64,000 nucleotides of DNA from an uncultured Pseudomonadales bacterium (GCA_964645645.1 CAZYBC010000003.1:13369-77368); one strand, 5' to 3'. Numbered from the stretch's first letter, positions 29,503 to 39,984 are shown. Translations and numbers: made by a program. The notes: generated by a model from the sequence alone, not told the origin.

Positions 29503-29778
29503 ATCCTCCAAAAAAAACCACTAAATTTACAGACTTTCAGGCTCCTTTGTAGAGCCGACATTTAAGTCTGTAGATAAAATTACCAGCTGGATAGTAACTT
29601 TATTTACAGACCTAAATTCATCTGTTTTTATTAAAGAGCTTTTAGTTTAATTATTTTGCAATAAAATAACAAACTAAAATATTTAATACTCAATATTATA
29701 AGACATTAAACCATTTTTGTCAATAGTTATAGGACGTAAACAAAAAAAATTCTATACAAACTAAACACCAATTCAAAC

Positions 29779-30516
29779 TTATTGTTTCCCCAAAATTCCA
29801 ACTTGAGTATTCTCTAAATCTCTAACTAGCAACCATCTGGGCGCAACTTGCTGATCTTCCACTTGAGCATAAAGATTTTTACCATGAGCTAAATAATATG
29901 GTAGTTCTGGAAAAAGCTTAATAGCCTGAGCATCCTGATAAATCATCTTAAAAACACTTTCTGGTGGATGCAAAACCAGCCTTGTTCCTAAACCCATCAC
30001 TGCCAATTTTCTTATAGCTATATTAGAATCTTCATCTTTTTCTAATTGCGTACAATCAAAAATACGATCACTGGCAATTTTTACTTTCAACATATAAACA
30101 TGCAAATTGGGATTTTCACCAATTTTATAAGCATTAGGCATATTTGCTGTATATAAACCTTCCCCTAAAGTTGAACGTAAATAAGTGGTAATTGGTGAAT
30201 TCTTATCAGAATTAAACAAATCATTTATCTGTGTTTGAGCCAACGGCTGATCAGCAGTTAAACCAGTACGGAAAATAATCAAATTTCCCTGATCATCTTC
30301 AAAAAATCCATCTTTTCTAAGTCTGAAATTAGGGATTTCACCAGTCCATTGAAAATCTTTTAATAAAGGAATTTCATTAGCTGGCGTAAAATTTTTTTCT
30401 TGATTTGACTCTATTTGACTACTTAAATTTTTCGCAACACTAGATGAATTATCTGCTCCTCCCAAAGTAACCCTAGAAGAAAAATCAGGTTGAAGATAAG
30501 ATTCTGTTGATGTCAT
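29779..30516 (-). CDS. hypothetical protein (245 aa)
   Basis: Long ORF downstream of the helicase on the same strand; no recognisable motif. Confidence 0.45.
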   Translation of the reverse strand: MTSTESYLQPDFSSRVTLGGADNSSSVAKNLSSQIESNQEKNFTPANEIPLLKDFQWTGEIPNFRLRKDGFFEDDQGNLIIFRTGLTADQPLAQTQINDLFNSDKNSPITTYLRSTLGEGLYTANMPNAYKIGENPNLHVYMLKVKIASDRIFDCTQLEKDEDSNIAIRKLAVMGLGTRLVLHPPESVFKMIYQDAQAIKLFPELPYYLAHGKNLYAQVEDQQVAPRWLLVRDLENTQVGILGKQ

Positions 30517-30607
30517 AGATCGAGATTTTAATTAATTAACTCATTTTTACTCTTTATATCTAACTTTAGCAAGACTTCAATAAAATATACTTAATCAATT
30601 CATCACG

Positions 30608-31783
30608 CTACCCAAAAATATAAAGTTCTTCCTGCGCCCTCGTTACCGCCGTATACAACCACCGCCGCCATTGTTGCTCATCAATCTGTTTAAAACGCTC
30701 TTCCAACAAAATCACGCGCTTAGCTTGACTGCCTTGAGCCTTGTGGACAGTGAGAGCATAACCAAAATCAAACAAATCACCTTTAACAGTTAAAGCTCGT
30801 TGCTGAGTAAAGTTAAGAGGTGAGGTGCTATTAAATTGCTGACGAGCAATTAAACCAGTATAGTTTTGCTGTTCATCATCCATAGCAATTTCTGCTTCAT
30901 ACCAATTTTCATCCTTAGGTTTAATAGCAACCAGCGTACCCAGCATACCATTAAAAATGTGTTTAATATGATTGTTACGTAAACAAATAACTCGGTCATT
31001 TACTTGAGGAGATAGAGAAGTAAAACCTAAGGCTGTTCTGATAAAACTATTTAATTGCCGACGAGTATTGTTATAAGCACATAAGACCAAAGTATCTTGA
31101 TTAAAACTACTCAATAGTGATTCTAAAATCTCTTGATTATCAGATTCTTTACGAGAATATTTTTTAACGCCTTCACCATAATTATCAATTGGGATTAAGC
31201 CCTTCATTCTAGCTTCTATAGACAAAGCAATAATAGGGTTCTCTTGAGCTTGGCGATGAATTTTATCTAAAATTAAATCTGGTTTCTTCATTAAACTAAA
31301 TTCACCATTAATTGGAGGAAGCTGGCCATGATCACCAACAGCAATAATTGGTTTTTGATAAGCTAAAAGATGCTGCCAAATAGTTTGATCAACCATTGAG
31401 GCTTCATCAATAATAATCAAATCCTGATCTATTTTTTCTTTGGCTTGCCAACCCACAATTTCTTGTTGATTATTTAAAAGCGGCGAATAAATTAAAGCAT
31501 GGATGGTACTGACACTGTCTTTAGCTTGAATAGCTTTAGCTTCATTTAAACGTTGATATAAAACTCGGCTAGCTTTACCGGTATAACTAACAAAAGCTAC
31601 TTTAAGTTTAGGAAATTTGTCAGCCAATTGCTGACGCAGAATAGCTAAAAGCGTAGTTTTTCCTGTCCCAGCATAACCACCTAAGGTAACGTAAGGCATG
31701 GAAACTTTGTCTTTAACATACCATTCTAAAAGATGATCTAAGGCTTGTTGTTGATCAGCAGAAATTTCAAACATAAACTGCAT
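30608..31783 (-). CDS. Dda/Pif1/RecD-like superfamily 1 helicase (short, 391 aa)
   Basis: Walker A GYAGTGKTT, Walker B IIIDEASMVD, and C-terminal YALTVHKAQGSQAKRVILL (motif VI, typical of the RecD/Pif1/Dda clade). Confidence 0.7.
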   Translation of the reverse strand: MQFMFEISADQQQALDHLLEWYVKDKVSMPYVTLGGYAGTGKTTLLAILRQQLADKFPKLKVAFVSYTGKASRVLYQRLNEAKAIQAKDSVSTIHALIYSPLLNNQQEIVGWQAKEKIDQDLIIIDEASMVDQTIWQHLLAYQKPIIAVGDHGQLPPINGEFSLMKKPDLILDKIHRQAQENPIIALSIEARMKGLIPIDNYGEGVKKYSRKESDNQEILESLLSSFNQDTLVLCAYNNTRRQLNSFIRTALGFTSLSPQVNDRVICLRNNHIKHIFNGMLGTLVAIKPKDENWYEAEIAMDDEQQNYTGLIARQQFNSTSPLNFTQQRALTVKGDLFDFGYALTVHKAQGSQAKRVILLEERFKQIDEQQWRRWLYTAVTRAQEELYIFG

Positions 31784-31808
31784 TATAAAGGATAATTAAT
31801 CATCTCAT

Positions 31809-32426
31809 TCATTGACTAATTTTATAACAGCTTATTGATGGCAAATATCCTTTATTTATCAATTCATTAAGTTTTTTGATATTTATTTCTTGATTTTTCC
31901 AGGTAGTGCCTTGTCCAATTAAATCAATAAAAATCCTAAAAATATTTTTTCCTTCTGCTTCTGCCATCTTAATCATAGCTGTCATTAAATCAGATACCTT
32001 AATAACTCTTAAAGTAGGCCTCTTCCTAATTTCTCCACTATAACCTGAATAAACAAAATTTAAAGCAGTATCAATATCAAAAGTCCAATGACTCCCCACA
32101 TAACTAAGATCTCCACCATGATAAATCATGGTTTCTGACGGTAATTTAACAAATAAATCAAATAATTGTCCATTAGTAAAACCACCTGGATCTTTTTCTC
32201 CTGTAACGCTTTCTACAATCTTTGATATCAGCTCTAATGTCCTACTTTGTTCTTTTTCTGGAATCTGCAATGCTAATTTTAATAAATCTGGATTAATTAA
32301 AGGAATAGAAGCATACTCTCTATCTAGTTGCTCATTTTTTAATCTTACTTGTTCCATTATCTTACTTAAATCAATACCAACAGATTCAGTAGAACTATTT
32401 TTTTGAATGTTTAAAGTTTCACCCAT
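31809..32426 (-). CDS. hypothetical protein (205 aa), first gene of the helicase operon
   Basis: ORF 25 nt upstream of the helicase on the same strand; no recognisable motif. Confidence 0.45.
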   Translation of the reverse strand: MGETLNIQKNSSTESVGIDLSKIMEQVRLKNEQLDREYASIPLINPDLLKLALQIPEKEQSRTLELISKIVESVTGEKDPGGFTNGQLFDLFVKLPSETMIYHGGDLSYVGSHWTFDIDTALNFVYSGYSGEIRKRPTLRVIKVSDLMTAMIKMAEAEGKNIFRIFIDLIGQGTTWKNQEINIKKLNELINKGYLPSISCYKISQ

Positions 32427-32557
32427 ACATTGTTTCTAACATACTAAATATTAAATAACAATAAACTGCTAACAAAATTTAGATCTTAAGATAGTAATTA
32501 GTAAGATTATTGCATTGACAATTCAAACGGGTATACAATAAAAAAAGAGGGATCTAT

Positions 32558-32926
32558 ATGCAAAAAATTCTTTTTATTGAAGACGATTTAATCTTTTTAA
32601 AAGCTTATGCTACTAAATTAAAAATGGAAGGTTTAGAAGTAACTGCTGTAGATAATTGTGATGAAGCTTTAGAGTTAATTAAAAAAGATTGCCCTGATCT
32701 TATTATTTTAGACATTATGCTAAAAGGCAAAAAAAATGGCTTTGATTTTTTAGAGCTAGTTAAAGCTGATCCATGTTTATCTAAAATTCCAGTTATAGTT
32801 CTAACTAATTTAGATTCAGAAGAAAAAGTGGCAAAAGAAATTGGTGCAGTAGCTTACTTAACTAAAACCAAGACTGATCCTAAGTCTGTAAGCAATTATA
32901 TCAAAAAAATATTATCTAAAAATTAA
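32558..32926 (+). CDS. single-domain response regulator (CheY-like receiver)
   Basis: ILFIEDD, phospho-acceptor D in LIILDIML, and KIPVIVLT..EE. 122 aa with no output domain. Confidence 0.8.
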   Translation: MQKILFIEDDLIFLKAYATKLKMEGLEVTAVDNCDEALELIKKDCPDLIILDIMLKGKKNGFDFLELVKADPCLSKIPVIVLTNLDSEEKVAKEIGAVAYLTKTKTDPKSVSNYIKKILSKN

Positions 32927-32969
32927 TATTATTTTTAATGCCAAACATTAAAAAACAAAGGCTAGTAAT

Positions 32970-35900
32970 ATGAATTGGCAAAGATGGTTTAAATCAATTT
33001 TAATTTCTTTAATTATTTTTACTTTTATTTGCCAAATACCACTAAACTTATTTAAAACTTATGCCAGCGAAAACAAGATTATCAAAGTGGGTGTTTATGA
33101 AAACAAACCCAAAGTTTATCGTGCTAACGATGGTAAAATTACCGGATTTTTTCCAGATGTTCTAAATTACATTGCTCAACAAGAAAATTGGCAATTGGAA
33201 TATGTACATGGCACTTGGGAAGAAGGTTTAAATCAATTAAAAAATGGTGAAATTGATCTAATGGTTGATGTTGCTATCTCTCCAGAAAGACAAGTGGAAT
33301 TTGATTTTACTAACGAGACTGTGTTAAATAGCTGGGCAGTTATTTGTGTTAAAAATAATTCTAAAATAAAATCATTTTCTGATTTGGAAGGTAAAAAAAT
33401 TGGTATTTTAAAATCAAGTGTCTATTTACAAGGTCCTCAATCAATTACTTACTACTTAAAATCATTTGGCATCAATGCTGAATTTATTTACGTTGATGAA
33501 TATTCTCAACTTTGCAAATTATTAGAAGAAGATAAAATTGATGCAGCAGTGGTTAGCAGAATTTTTGCTCTATATAATGCTAAAAATTATCAAAATATCA
33601 AACAAACAGATCTTGTTTTTAATCCAACAGAATTACGCTTTGCCCTTAATAAAAATAATCCCGATAACCCTTATTTAATTGAACGACTCGATTATTGGGT
33701 AAAAAAAATTAAGAATAAAGAAACTTATTATCAATTATTAAAAAAATATAATTTAGAAGAAGTAGAGATCATTAAAAAAATTCCACCTGTTTGGTTATTT
33801 TATGTCTTGCCAATCTTAATAGTTATTTTAACTGGCCTAATCATTACTATCATTTTGATTAGACGTTCTAAAAATATTGCTTTAAAAAAATGGAAATCTA
33901 GTGAAAAAAAGTTTCAATCTTTGTATGAATCAATGGATGAACTGATTGCAATTCATGAAATTATCAACGATAAACATGGTCAAGCCATTGATTACAAAAT
34001 TATTGAATGTAATAAGGCTTACAATCAATTAACCCATTTATCACGTGCCAAAGTAATTGGCCAATTAGCCTCAAAGCTTTATAAAATTAACCCACCGCCT
34101 TTTTTATCTTTTTTTGCTAATGTAGCTAAAACTGGCAAACCAGGACATTTTGAATATTATTCTCCAGATTTGAATCAACACTTATATGTCTCTGTTTTTT
34201 CGCCAGCCCCAGGGATATTCGGAACAATTATAAGTAACATGTCAGAACTCAAACAAATGGAACAGTCTTTAAAAATAGAACGTGACCGTGCTGAACTTTA
34301 TTTAAATACCGTTGAAACTATTATCGTAGCCTTAGACAAAGATGGAAAGATTATTTCGATTAATCGTAAAGGCTACGAGCTATTAGGCTATAAAAAGGAT
34401 GAATTAATTGGTCAATCCTGGTTTGAAACTTGTTTACTACAACCTGAAGGAAAAGAGAAAGTTTATCCTGTTTTTAAAAAATTAGTCACTGGTAAAGGCA
34501 AAAATGTTGAATTTTTTGAAAATAAAATAATTACCAAAAATGGAGAAATTAAACTAATTTCTTGGCATAACGCACTATTGCGTGATAAAAACAAAAAAAT
34601 TATTGGCACATTAAGTTCTGGCAACAACATTACTGTCCAAAAACAAGTTCAAGAAAAACTGATTCAAAGTGAACAGAAATTTGCTACTATTTTTGCCACT
34701 TCAACATATGCTATTACGATTACTCAATTAGCAGATGGTAGTTTTATTGATGTTAATGATGCTTATGTAAAACTAACTGGCTTTACTAAAAAAGAAACTC
34801 TGTTTAATTCATCAATCAGCCTAAAACTTTGGGCAAATCCAAAAGATAGAAAAACAGTAGTCAGTGACCTCCAAAAAGGTAAACCTGTTATTAACCGAGA
34901 ATTTCTTTTTAAAATCAAAGATGGCTCTTTAATAAATGGTTTATTTTCTGCTCGAATTATTAGTATTAATAACCAGCCATTCATCATGTCCAGCATTGCA
35001 GATATTACCGAACTAAAACAAGCAGAACAAAAAATCATAGAAACTAAAGACAGAGAGCATGCTATTTTAACAAGCATAGGCGACGCGGTTTTTGCAATAG
35101 ACACCAAAGGGATAATTTTATTATTTAATAAAATGGCTGAAAAACTTAGTGGCATTAGTACTGATCAAGCTATTGGGAACCATTATTCTAAAATTGTAAA
35201 ATTTATAAAAAAGAACAGTAATATTGTTGGGGATAATTTTATCAATCAAGCATTAGAAGAAGATAAAATTACGGCCATGGCTAATGATACTATGCTACTA
35301 AAATCAGATGGCAGTGAAATTCCCGTAGCAGATTCAGCTGCCCCAATCAAAGATATCAATGGCAAAATAATTGGCTGTGTTGTAGTTTTTCGTGATGTAA
35401 GCAAAGATTATGAGCTTAACAAAACCAAATCAGAGTTTGTGTCAATTGTTTCTCATGAATTACGTGCTCCATTAGGTATTATTAAAGCCTTTAATTCAAT
35501 GATTTTTGATGGTGATTATGGACCAATTAATCCTCAACTTAAAGAACCATTATCCGAAATTAAAAATTCAACCGACCACTTAGCTTCCTTAGTTAATGAT
35601 ATTTTAAATGTTTCTAGACTTGAATCTGGTAAACTATCACTAAAACTCTCTAAGTTTGATCCTCAAAAATTAATTAATGAAGCCGTAAAAAATTTTACCA
35701 CTGTGGTAAATAAAAAAGTAAATTTAAAAACAGGCAAATTAAACCAATCAATGATTGAAGCAGATCAAGATAAATTTTTGATTATTTTAAATAACTTACT
35801 AAGCAACGCTGTTAAATTTACTAATAAAGGAAGTATTACTGTCAAATCAGAAGCCGTTGGTAAATTTGTTAACTTTATAATTACTGATACAGGCATTGGC

Positions 35901-36098
35901 ATTAAATCCATTAATCAAAAAAATATTTTTGGGAAATTCCAACAAATTATTGAAAGTGAATCTGGCAAACCTCCAGGGACTGGTTTGGGTTTGTATATTA
36001 GCAAACAGTTGGTTGAAAAAATGGGAGGTAAAATTTGGCTGGAATCATCAATCCCTGGAAAAGGCAGTACTTTTATCTTCTCTCTTCCAAAAGCATAA
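32970..36098 (+). CDS. multi-domain sensor histidine kinase (periplasmic solute-binding family-3 domain, several PAS domains, HisKA and HATPase)
   Basis: Signal/transmembrane N-terminus. SBP_bac_3-like periplasmic region, then a transmembrane helix (WLFYVLPILIVILTGLIITIILI), repeated PAS-like blocks, H-box SHELRAPL, and GTGLGLYISKQLVEKMGGKIW. Confidence 0.8.
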   Translation: MNWQRWFKSILISLIIFTFICQIPLNLFKTYASENKIIKVGVYENKPKVYRANDGKITGFFPDVLNYIAQQENWQLEYVHGTWEEGLNQLKNGEIDLMVDVAISPERQVEFDFTNETVLNSWAVICVKNNSKIKSFSDLEGKKIGILKSSVYLQGPQSITYYLKSFGINAEFIYVDEYSQLCKLLEEDKIDAAVVSRIFALYNAKNYQNIKQTDLVFNPTELRFALNKNNPDNPYLIERLDYWVKKIKNKETYYQLLKKYNLEEVEIIKKIPPVWLFYVLPILIVILTGLIITIILIRRSKNIALKKWKSSEKKFQSLYESMDELIAIHEIINDKHGQAIDYKIIECNKAYNQLTHLSRAKVIGQLASKLYKINPPPFLSFFANVAKTGKPGHFEYYSPDLNQHLYVSVFSPAPGIFGTIISNMSELKQMEQSLKIERDRAELYLNTVETIIVALDKDGKIISINRKGYELLGYKKDELIGQSWFETCLLQPEGKEKVYPVFKKLVTGKGKNVEFFENKIITKNGEIKLISWHNALLRDKNKKIIGTLSSGNNITVQKQVQEKLIQSEQKFATIFATSTYAITITQLADGSFIDVNDAYVKLTGFTKKETLFNSSISLKLWANPKDRKTVVSDLQKGKPVINREFLFKIKDGSLINGLFSARIISINNQPFIMSSIADITELKQAEQKIIETKDREHAILTSIGDAVFAIDTKGIILLFNKMAEKLSGISTDQAIGNHYSKIVKFIKKNSNIVGDNFINQALEEDKITAMANDTMLLKSDGSEIPVADSAAPIKDINGKIIGCVVVFRDVSKDYELNKTKSEFVSIVSHELRAPLGIIKAFNSMIFDGDYGPINPQLKEPLSEIKNSTDHLASLVNDILNVSRLESGKLSLKLSKFDPQKLINEAVKNFTTVVNKKVNLKTGKLNQSMIEADQDKFLIILNNLLSNAVKFTNKGSITVKSEAVGKFVNFIITDTGIGIKSINQKNIFGKFQQIIESESGKPPGTGLGLYISKQLVEKMGGKIWLESSIPGKGSTFIFSLPKA

Positions 36099-36121
36099 AT
36101 AAATATGTCATAATAAATTTA

Positions 36122-36544
36122 ATGTCAAAAATTCTTATTGTTGATGACGATTTAGTTTATATTAGAATCTATCAATTAAAACTAAAAAATGATGGTTATG
36201 ATGTGGAAATTGCTAATGATGGGGAAGAAGCCTTACTCAAAGTTGAGACTTTTAAACCAGATCTGATTTTATTAGATATTATGATGCCTAAAATTGATGG
36301 CTTTGAAGTTTTAAAACAACTTAAAAAAAATTCTGCAACCAAAAATATTCCCGTTATTATGCTCACTAACTTGGGCGGAGATGAAGCTAACATTCTAAAA
36401 GGTATTGATTTGGGAGCAGTTTCTTATTTAATTAAATCTGCTTATACACCAAAAGAAGTTGTCCAAAAAATCAAAGAAATCTTAGCTGCTTATGCTCCAG
36501 AAATACCTAAAGTTAAAACGGTGATGAAAAAATTAGAATTTTAA
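36122..36544 (+). CDS. single-domain response regulator (receiver)
   Basis: Start reassigned to MSKILIVDDD at 36122; the tracked ORF 36035 overlaps the kinase end. D in LILLDIMMP and KNIPVIMLT. Confidence 0.75.
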   Translation: MSKILIVDDDLVYIRIYQLKLKNDGYDVEIANDGEEALLKVETFKPDLILLDIMMPKIDGFEVLKQLKKNSATKNIPVIMLTNLGGDEANILKGIDLGAVSYLIKSAYTPKEVVQKIKEILAAYAPEIPKVKTVMKKLEF

Positions 36545-36766
36545 ATAATTATCATTTTCCTGGCAAAAACCCATATATCTGTTATAATGTTAATATTGTA
36601 CGACATAAATATACAGTTACCCATGGGGTAAAATTTTAATAACTTCAAGAAAATTTTCTTCTAGACATAAAAATATAACTGTACTACACAGTTTTTTAGC
36701 ATATTTATCACGCATAATAAATTTAATCTCAACTTTTTTTATTAAGTTATTTTAGGAAAAATTAAC

Positions 36767-37828
36767 ATGCAAGCTTTCATCTATTCTAGATTTACCCCCA
36801 ATGGCCTTATAAAAGGTCAAAATATTAGTAGCAGTACTAAAATCGCTTTACAAGAAGCTGAAAAACTTGGTGTAACTTGGGAAACTATTCCCAATACAAA
36901 AATTATTAAACTTCAATTAGCAGATAAAATTCATTTTTTTCATCATCAAATTCCAACTAATACCAAAGCTATTAGTTTATTTGCTTGTAGCAAAACTAAT
37001 ACTAAAAGTTTTTTACAACTAAATAATATCTCTACCGCCAAAGGTTTTACGATTTATAAAAATGATCCCCAAGAATATTGGCAAGAAATTTTTGACTGCT
37101 TAACTAAACCTTTAGTTATTAAACCCACCCATGGAAGTCATGGCGATGGCGTTATTATTGGCATTAACAAATTTGAAAGATATCAAAAAATTATTAGTAA
37201 AATGTTAGAAAAAATTATTGATGAACAAACTGGTGTTTTAGTAGAAGAAATGTTTCAAAATGCCAAAGAGTTTAGAATTTTAACAACCAAAAAACAAGTA
37301 ATTGGCATTACCCATAGAATGCCGGCTAATGTCATTGGCGATGGTTTAGCCACTATTGAAGAACTTATTAAAGAAAAAAACAATGATCCTAGAAGAGGTG
37401 ATAAATGGTCTGATGGGACAACTTTATTAAAAATTAAAATTAATAAAACTTTATTGAAATATTTAGAAAAACAACATAAATCTCTAACTTATATTCCTCA
37501 AAAAAATGAACAAATTTTTTTAAGAAAAGTGTCTAATTTATCCCAAGGAGGGGATAGCTTTGATTTTACAGATCAAGCTCATCCCAGTGTTAAAGAAATT
37601 GCCCTTAAAGCAATCAATGCCCTTCCTGAATTAAATTTTGCAGGCATTGATTTTATGACCCGTGATATTACAAAAGAACAAAATCCAGAAGATTATATTA
37701 TTGCTGAAATAAATGATTCTCCAGGTTTTGATATGCATGATTATCCTTATGAAGGCATCAATCGCCATGCAGCTAGAGCATTTATCAATTTAATTTTTCC
37801 GGAATTAGTTAATGTTAATTATGTTTAA
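36767..37828 (+). CDS. ATP-grasp family protein (RimK/glutathione-synthetase-like)
   Basis: KPTHGSHGDGV ATP-binding loop and C-terminal IIAEINDSPGFD, resembling the RimK E-x-N-x-SPG motif. Confidence 0.5.
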   Translation: MQAFIYSRFTPNGLIKGQNISSSTKIALQEAEKLGVTWETIPNTKIIKLQLADKIHFFHHQIPTNTKAISLFACSKTNTKSFLQLNNISTAKGFTIYKNDPQEYWQEIFDCLTKPLVIKPTHGSHGDGVIIGINKFERYQKIISKMLEKIIDEQTGVLVEEMFQNAKEFRILTTKKQVIGITHRMPANVIGDGLATIEELIKEKNNDPRRGDKWSDGTTLLKIKINKTLLKYLEKQHKSLTYIPQKNEQIFLRKVSNLSQGGDSFDFTDQAHPSVKEIALKAINALPELNFAGIDFMTRDITKEQNPEDYIIAEINDSPGFDMHDYPYEGINRHAARAFINLIFPELVNVNYV

Positions 37829-37834
37829 TTAGGC

Positions 37835-38836
37835 CTAGTTAGGTTTAATCACAAAGGGATAAGTAAAACTTTCGCCTGGCAAAAGATAAACTTTTTCTAT
37901 TGCTTGTAAATCTTTTTCATATTCGTGATGAGTTTGTAAAACTTTTTCGATTGTGCTTTCTTGATACAAATCAAAATCATGCATGAACTTAAACAAATGC
38001 AAAGACACTAAAACTTTAGGATGAAGATCGCGAAGATTATAAGGATGAAGCATAATATTACCCAACAAAATATCAAAATCTTTCATTGCATAAACTTGCG
38101 CTTGTTCAGCTTTATTTTTAAAATCTCGGCCATCGCCGGTATGTAATAATTTAAACCCATCTACTTCAATTAAATACCAAGCTCCTTCTGCAAAATTACC
38201 ATCACCACGATGATCGGTATGATAAGCAGTAATTTTCACTGAATTAATTGTTTTTGTTTCTCCGCTAGCTAGTTTAATAATATTATCTGGTTTTTTACCA
38301 TTGAAAAAAAACTGATCAGAAAAAACCACTTTTTTATTTTGTGCCAAAGCTTTATTAAGCAACACGGCATCAAAATGGTCGCCATCAGCATGAGTAACAA
38401 TAAAAATATCAGCTAAATCAGCTAACTGATTATGAGCCATAGAAAAAGGCAAGTTAGCAGTATCAATGGCAATCGTTTGACCGGATGTTTTAATTACTAC
38501 TCCCATATTTAACAAACTCCAAATCTTAATCTTGCCTGGCTCTATAGTAGTATTTTTAATTTCTTCAATCGCTTTCTTAACTCTTAAATCTGCTAATTTT
38601 CTTTGTTTAGCATACCAATAAAAATATAATTTTGGAGTTGTGGCAGGTAAACCATCAGCCACAAAATTAGCATATTCTTTAACCAAATTTAAGCGAACTT
38701 CATCCAAAATTAAAGGCTGAGATTGATTAACTTTTTGATGAAACTTCTTAACTTGGGGAGGATTATAAAAATAAAAGATCAAAAGCAAAAGCGCAAGAAA
38801 TATAACAATAATGACATCATTAAGATATTTTTTCAC
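37835..38836 (-). CDS. membrane-anchored MBL-fold metallo-hydrolase
   Basis: N-terminal transmembrane helix. IVTHADGDHFD (His/Asp metal-binding cluster), HTDHRGDG and LHTGDG. Confidence 0.5.
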   Translation of the reverse strand: MKKYLNDVIIVIFLALLLLIFYFYNPPQVKKFHQKVNQSQPLILDEVRLNLVKEYANFVADGLPATTPKLYFYWYAKQRKLADLRVKKAIEEIKNTTIEPGKIKIWSLLNMGVVIKTSGQTIAIDTANLPFSMAHNQLADLADIFIVTHADGDHFDAVLLNKALAQNKKVVFSDQFFFNGKKPDNIIKLASGETKTINSVKITAYHTDHRGDGNFAEGAWYLIEVDGFKLLHTGDGRDFKNKAEQAQVYAMKDFDILLGNIMLHPYNLRDLHPKVLVSLHLFKFMHDFDLYQESTIEKVLQTHHEYEKDLQAIEKVYLLPGESFTYPFVIKPN

Positions 38837-38885
38837 TAATAAAAGTATAGCATTTTGATCAGCTTTTGTGAGGCTTTATCCTTAA

Positions 38886-39356
38886 TTAATTTTTTTCAAA
38901 CTCATCCCAGCTAAAAGGATTAAAAAATGAAGGACACTTTTCAGTGCGTTTTATTTGACTTGGATTAATTATCCCAATCTGAAGAACTATACAATTTGCA
39001 TGCCATCTTAAATAATAAAAATAAGTAAAAATTAAACTAACAGTCATCAAAAAAATAATTTTAGTTAAAATAACTAATTTTCGTTCTTGATGATATTTTT
39101 TAGTTACCTCAAATATTAAAGAAGCAAAACCATAAAAAACTAAAACAAGTAACAAGGAAAAGTAATTAATATTATGAGGAAATTTCCAAACTACACACAT
39201 CTCACAACCTGGACAACCAGGATTAGGCGCACAACCATTTTTAAAAAAAATACGATTATTAAAACTAGATACTCCAATTAAATAAACCAAAAAACAAAAA
39301 AATATTGTTAATAAAATTTTAGTTAAATTGGGTTTTAAAAATTCTATAATTTTCAT
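38886..39356 (-). CDS. polytopic membrane protein with Cys cluster (hypothetical)
   Basis: Four hydrophobic segments plus GCAPNPGCPGCEMC between helices 1 and 2. Confidence 0.4.
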   Translation of the reverse strand: MKIIEFLKPNLTKILLTIFFCFLVYLIGVSSFNNRIFFKNGCAPNPGCPGCEMCVVWKFPHNINYFSLLLVLVFYGFASLIFEVTKKYHQERKLVILTKIIFLMTVSLIFTYFYYLRWHANCIVLQIGIINPSQIKRTEKCPSFFNPFSWDEFEKN

Positions 39357-39639
39357 TATTTTTATTGTAACATGGCTTATTTTTTAAAATATTAACGATA
39401 AAAATTTATTTCAATTAATCGTTAATATGCCCATAGTAATTTTTTGTAGCGGCTCTCACAATTTTTTCTTTGGTCAGTTTCTCAATTACAGCATCTTCCT
39501 CACCGCTAGTAACCTTTATAAAAAATAAGTTAATTGTTTTTAACACAGTTTGCTGTTCAGGAGTATATTTTTCAGCTTTCCAGTATCCATTAGTTCCTTC
39601 AATTTCTAGTCCTAAACTTGAAAATTGGCTAAACTTGCG

Positions 39640-39675
39640 CTTGACAAATGTGTCTTATTTGACACAATATAATTA
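39640..39675 (+). promoter_or_regulatory. putative autoregulated promoter/operator of the toxin-antitoxin pair
   Basis: TTGACA followed by a short inverted repeat tgtgtc...gacaca and a TATAAT hexamer, ending 1 nt before the higB-like ATG. Confidence 0.35.
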
Positions 39676-39984
39676 TTGAAAAAAGAAATCATCCTACATT
39701 TTTTAGCTATAAAAGAGCTTGATACTTTTTCTGTAGAAGTTAGAGCTAGATTCAATGATCTCTTTGAAATTTTAGGTGAAAAAGGCAAGTTAGAAATGCC
39801 TTTTTCAAAGAAAATAAACAATAAATTATTTGAAATTAGAATTAAACAAAAAGGTCAATGGAGAGCTATCTATGCTTACATCTCTAAAAAACAAATAATA
39901 ATTTTGTCTGCTTTTGCAAAAAAAACTCAAAAAACACCAAAGAAAGAATTAACAAAAGCATTAAAGAGGCTTAGAGAATATTAA
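39676..39984 (+). CDS. type II toxin, HigB/Gp49-like (DUF891, RelE/ParE superfamily)
   Basis: 102 aa. LFEIRIKQKGQWRAIYAYISKKQIIILSAFAKKTQKTPKKEL matches the Gp49/HigB block (...WELR...RI.Y......I.LLH.F.KKTQKTP..E). It precedes an HTH antitoxin. Confidence 0.6.
   Translation: MKKEIILHFLAIKELDTFSVEVRARFNDLFEILGEKGKLEMPFSKKINNKLFEIRIKQKGQWRAIYAYISKKQIIILSAFAKKTQKTPKKELTKALKRLREY

Noticed and set aside
34763-35155. 130-aa minus-strand ORF
   Set aside because: Inside the sensor kinase gene, whose PAS and HisKA motifs read on the + strand.
36035-36121. N-terminal extension of the second receiver ORF (tracked start 36035)
   Set aside because: It overlaps the kinase C-terminus. The conserved receiver fold begins at MSKILIVDDD (36122), so the extension is not coding.
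39470-39821. ORFs 39470-39679 (+) and 39612-39821 (-)
   Set aside because: Neither has a coding-like composition. The region is the higBA promoter on one side and a start-less gene remnant on the other. 39612-39821 (-) overlaps the well-supported HigB-like gene.
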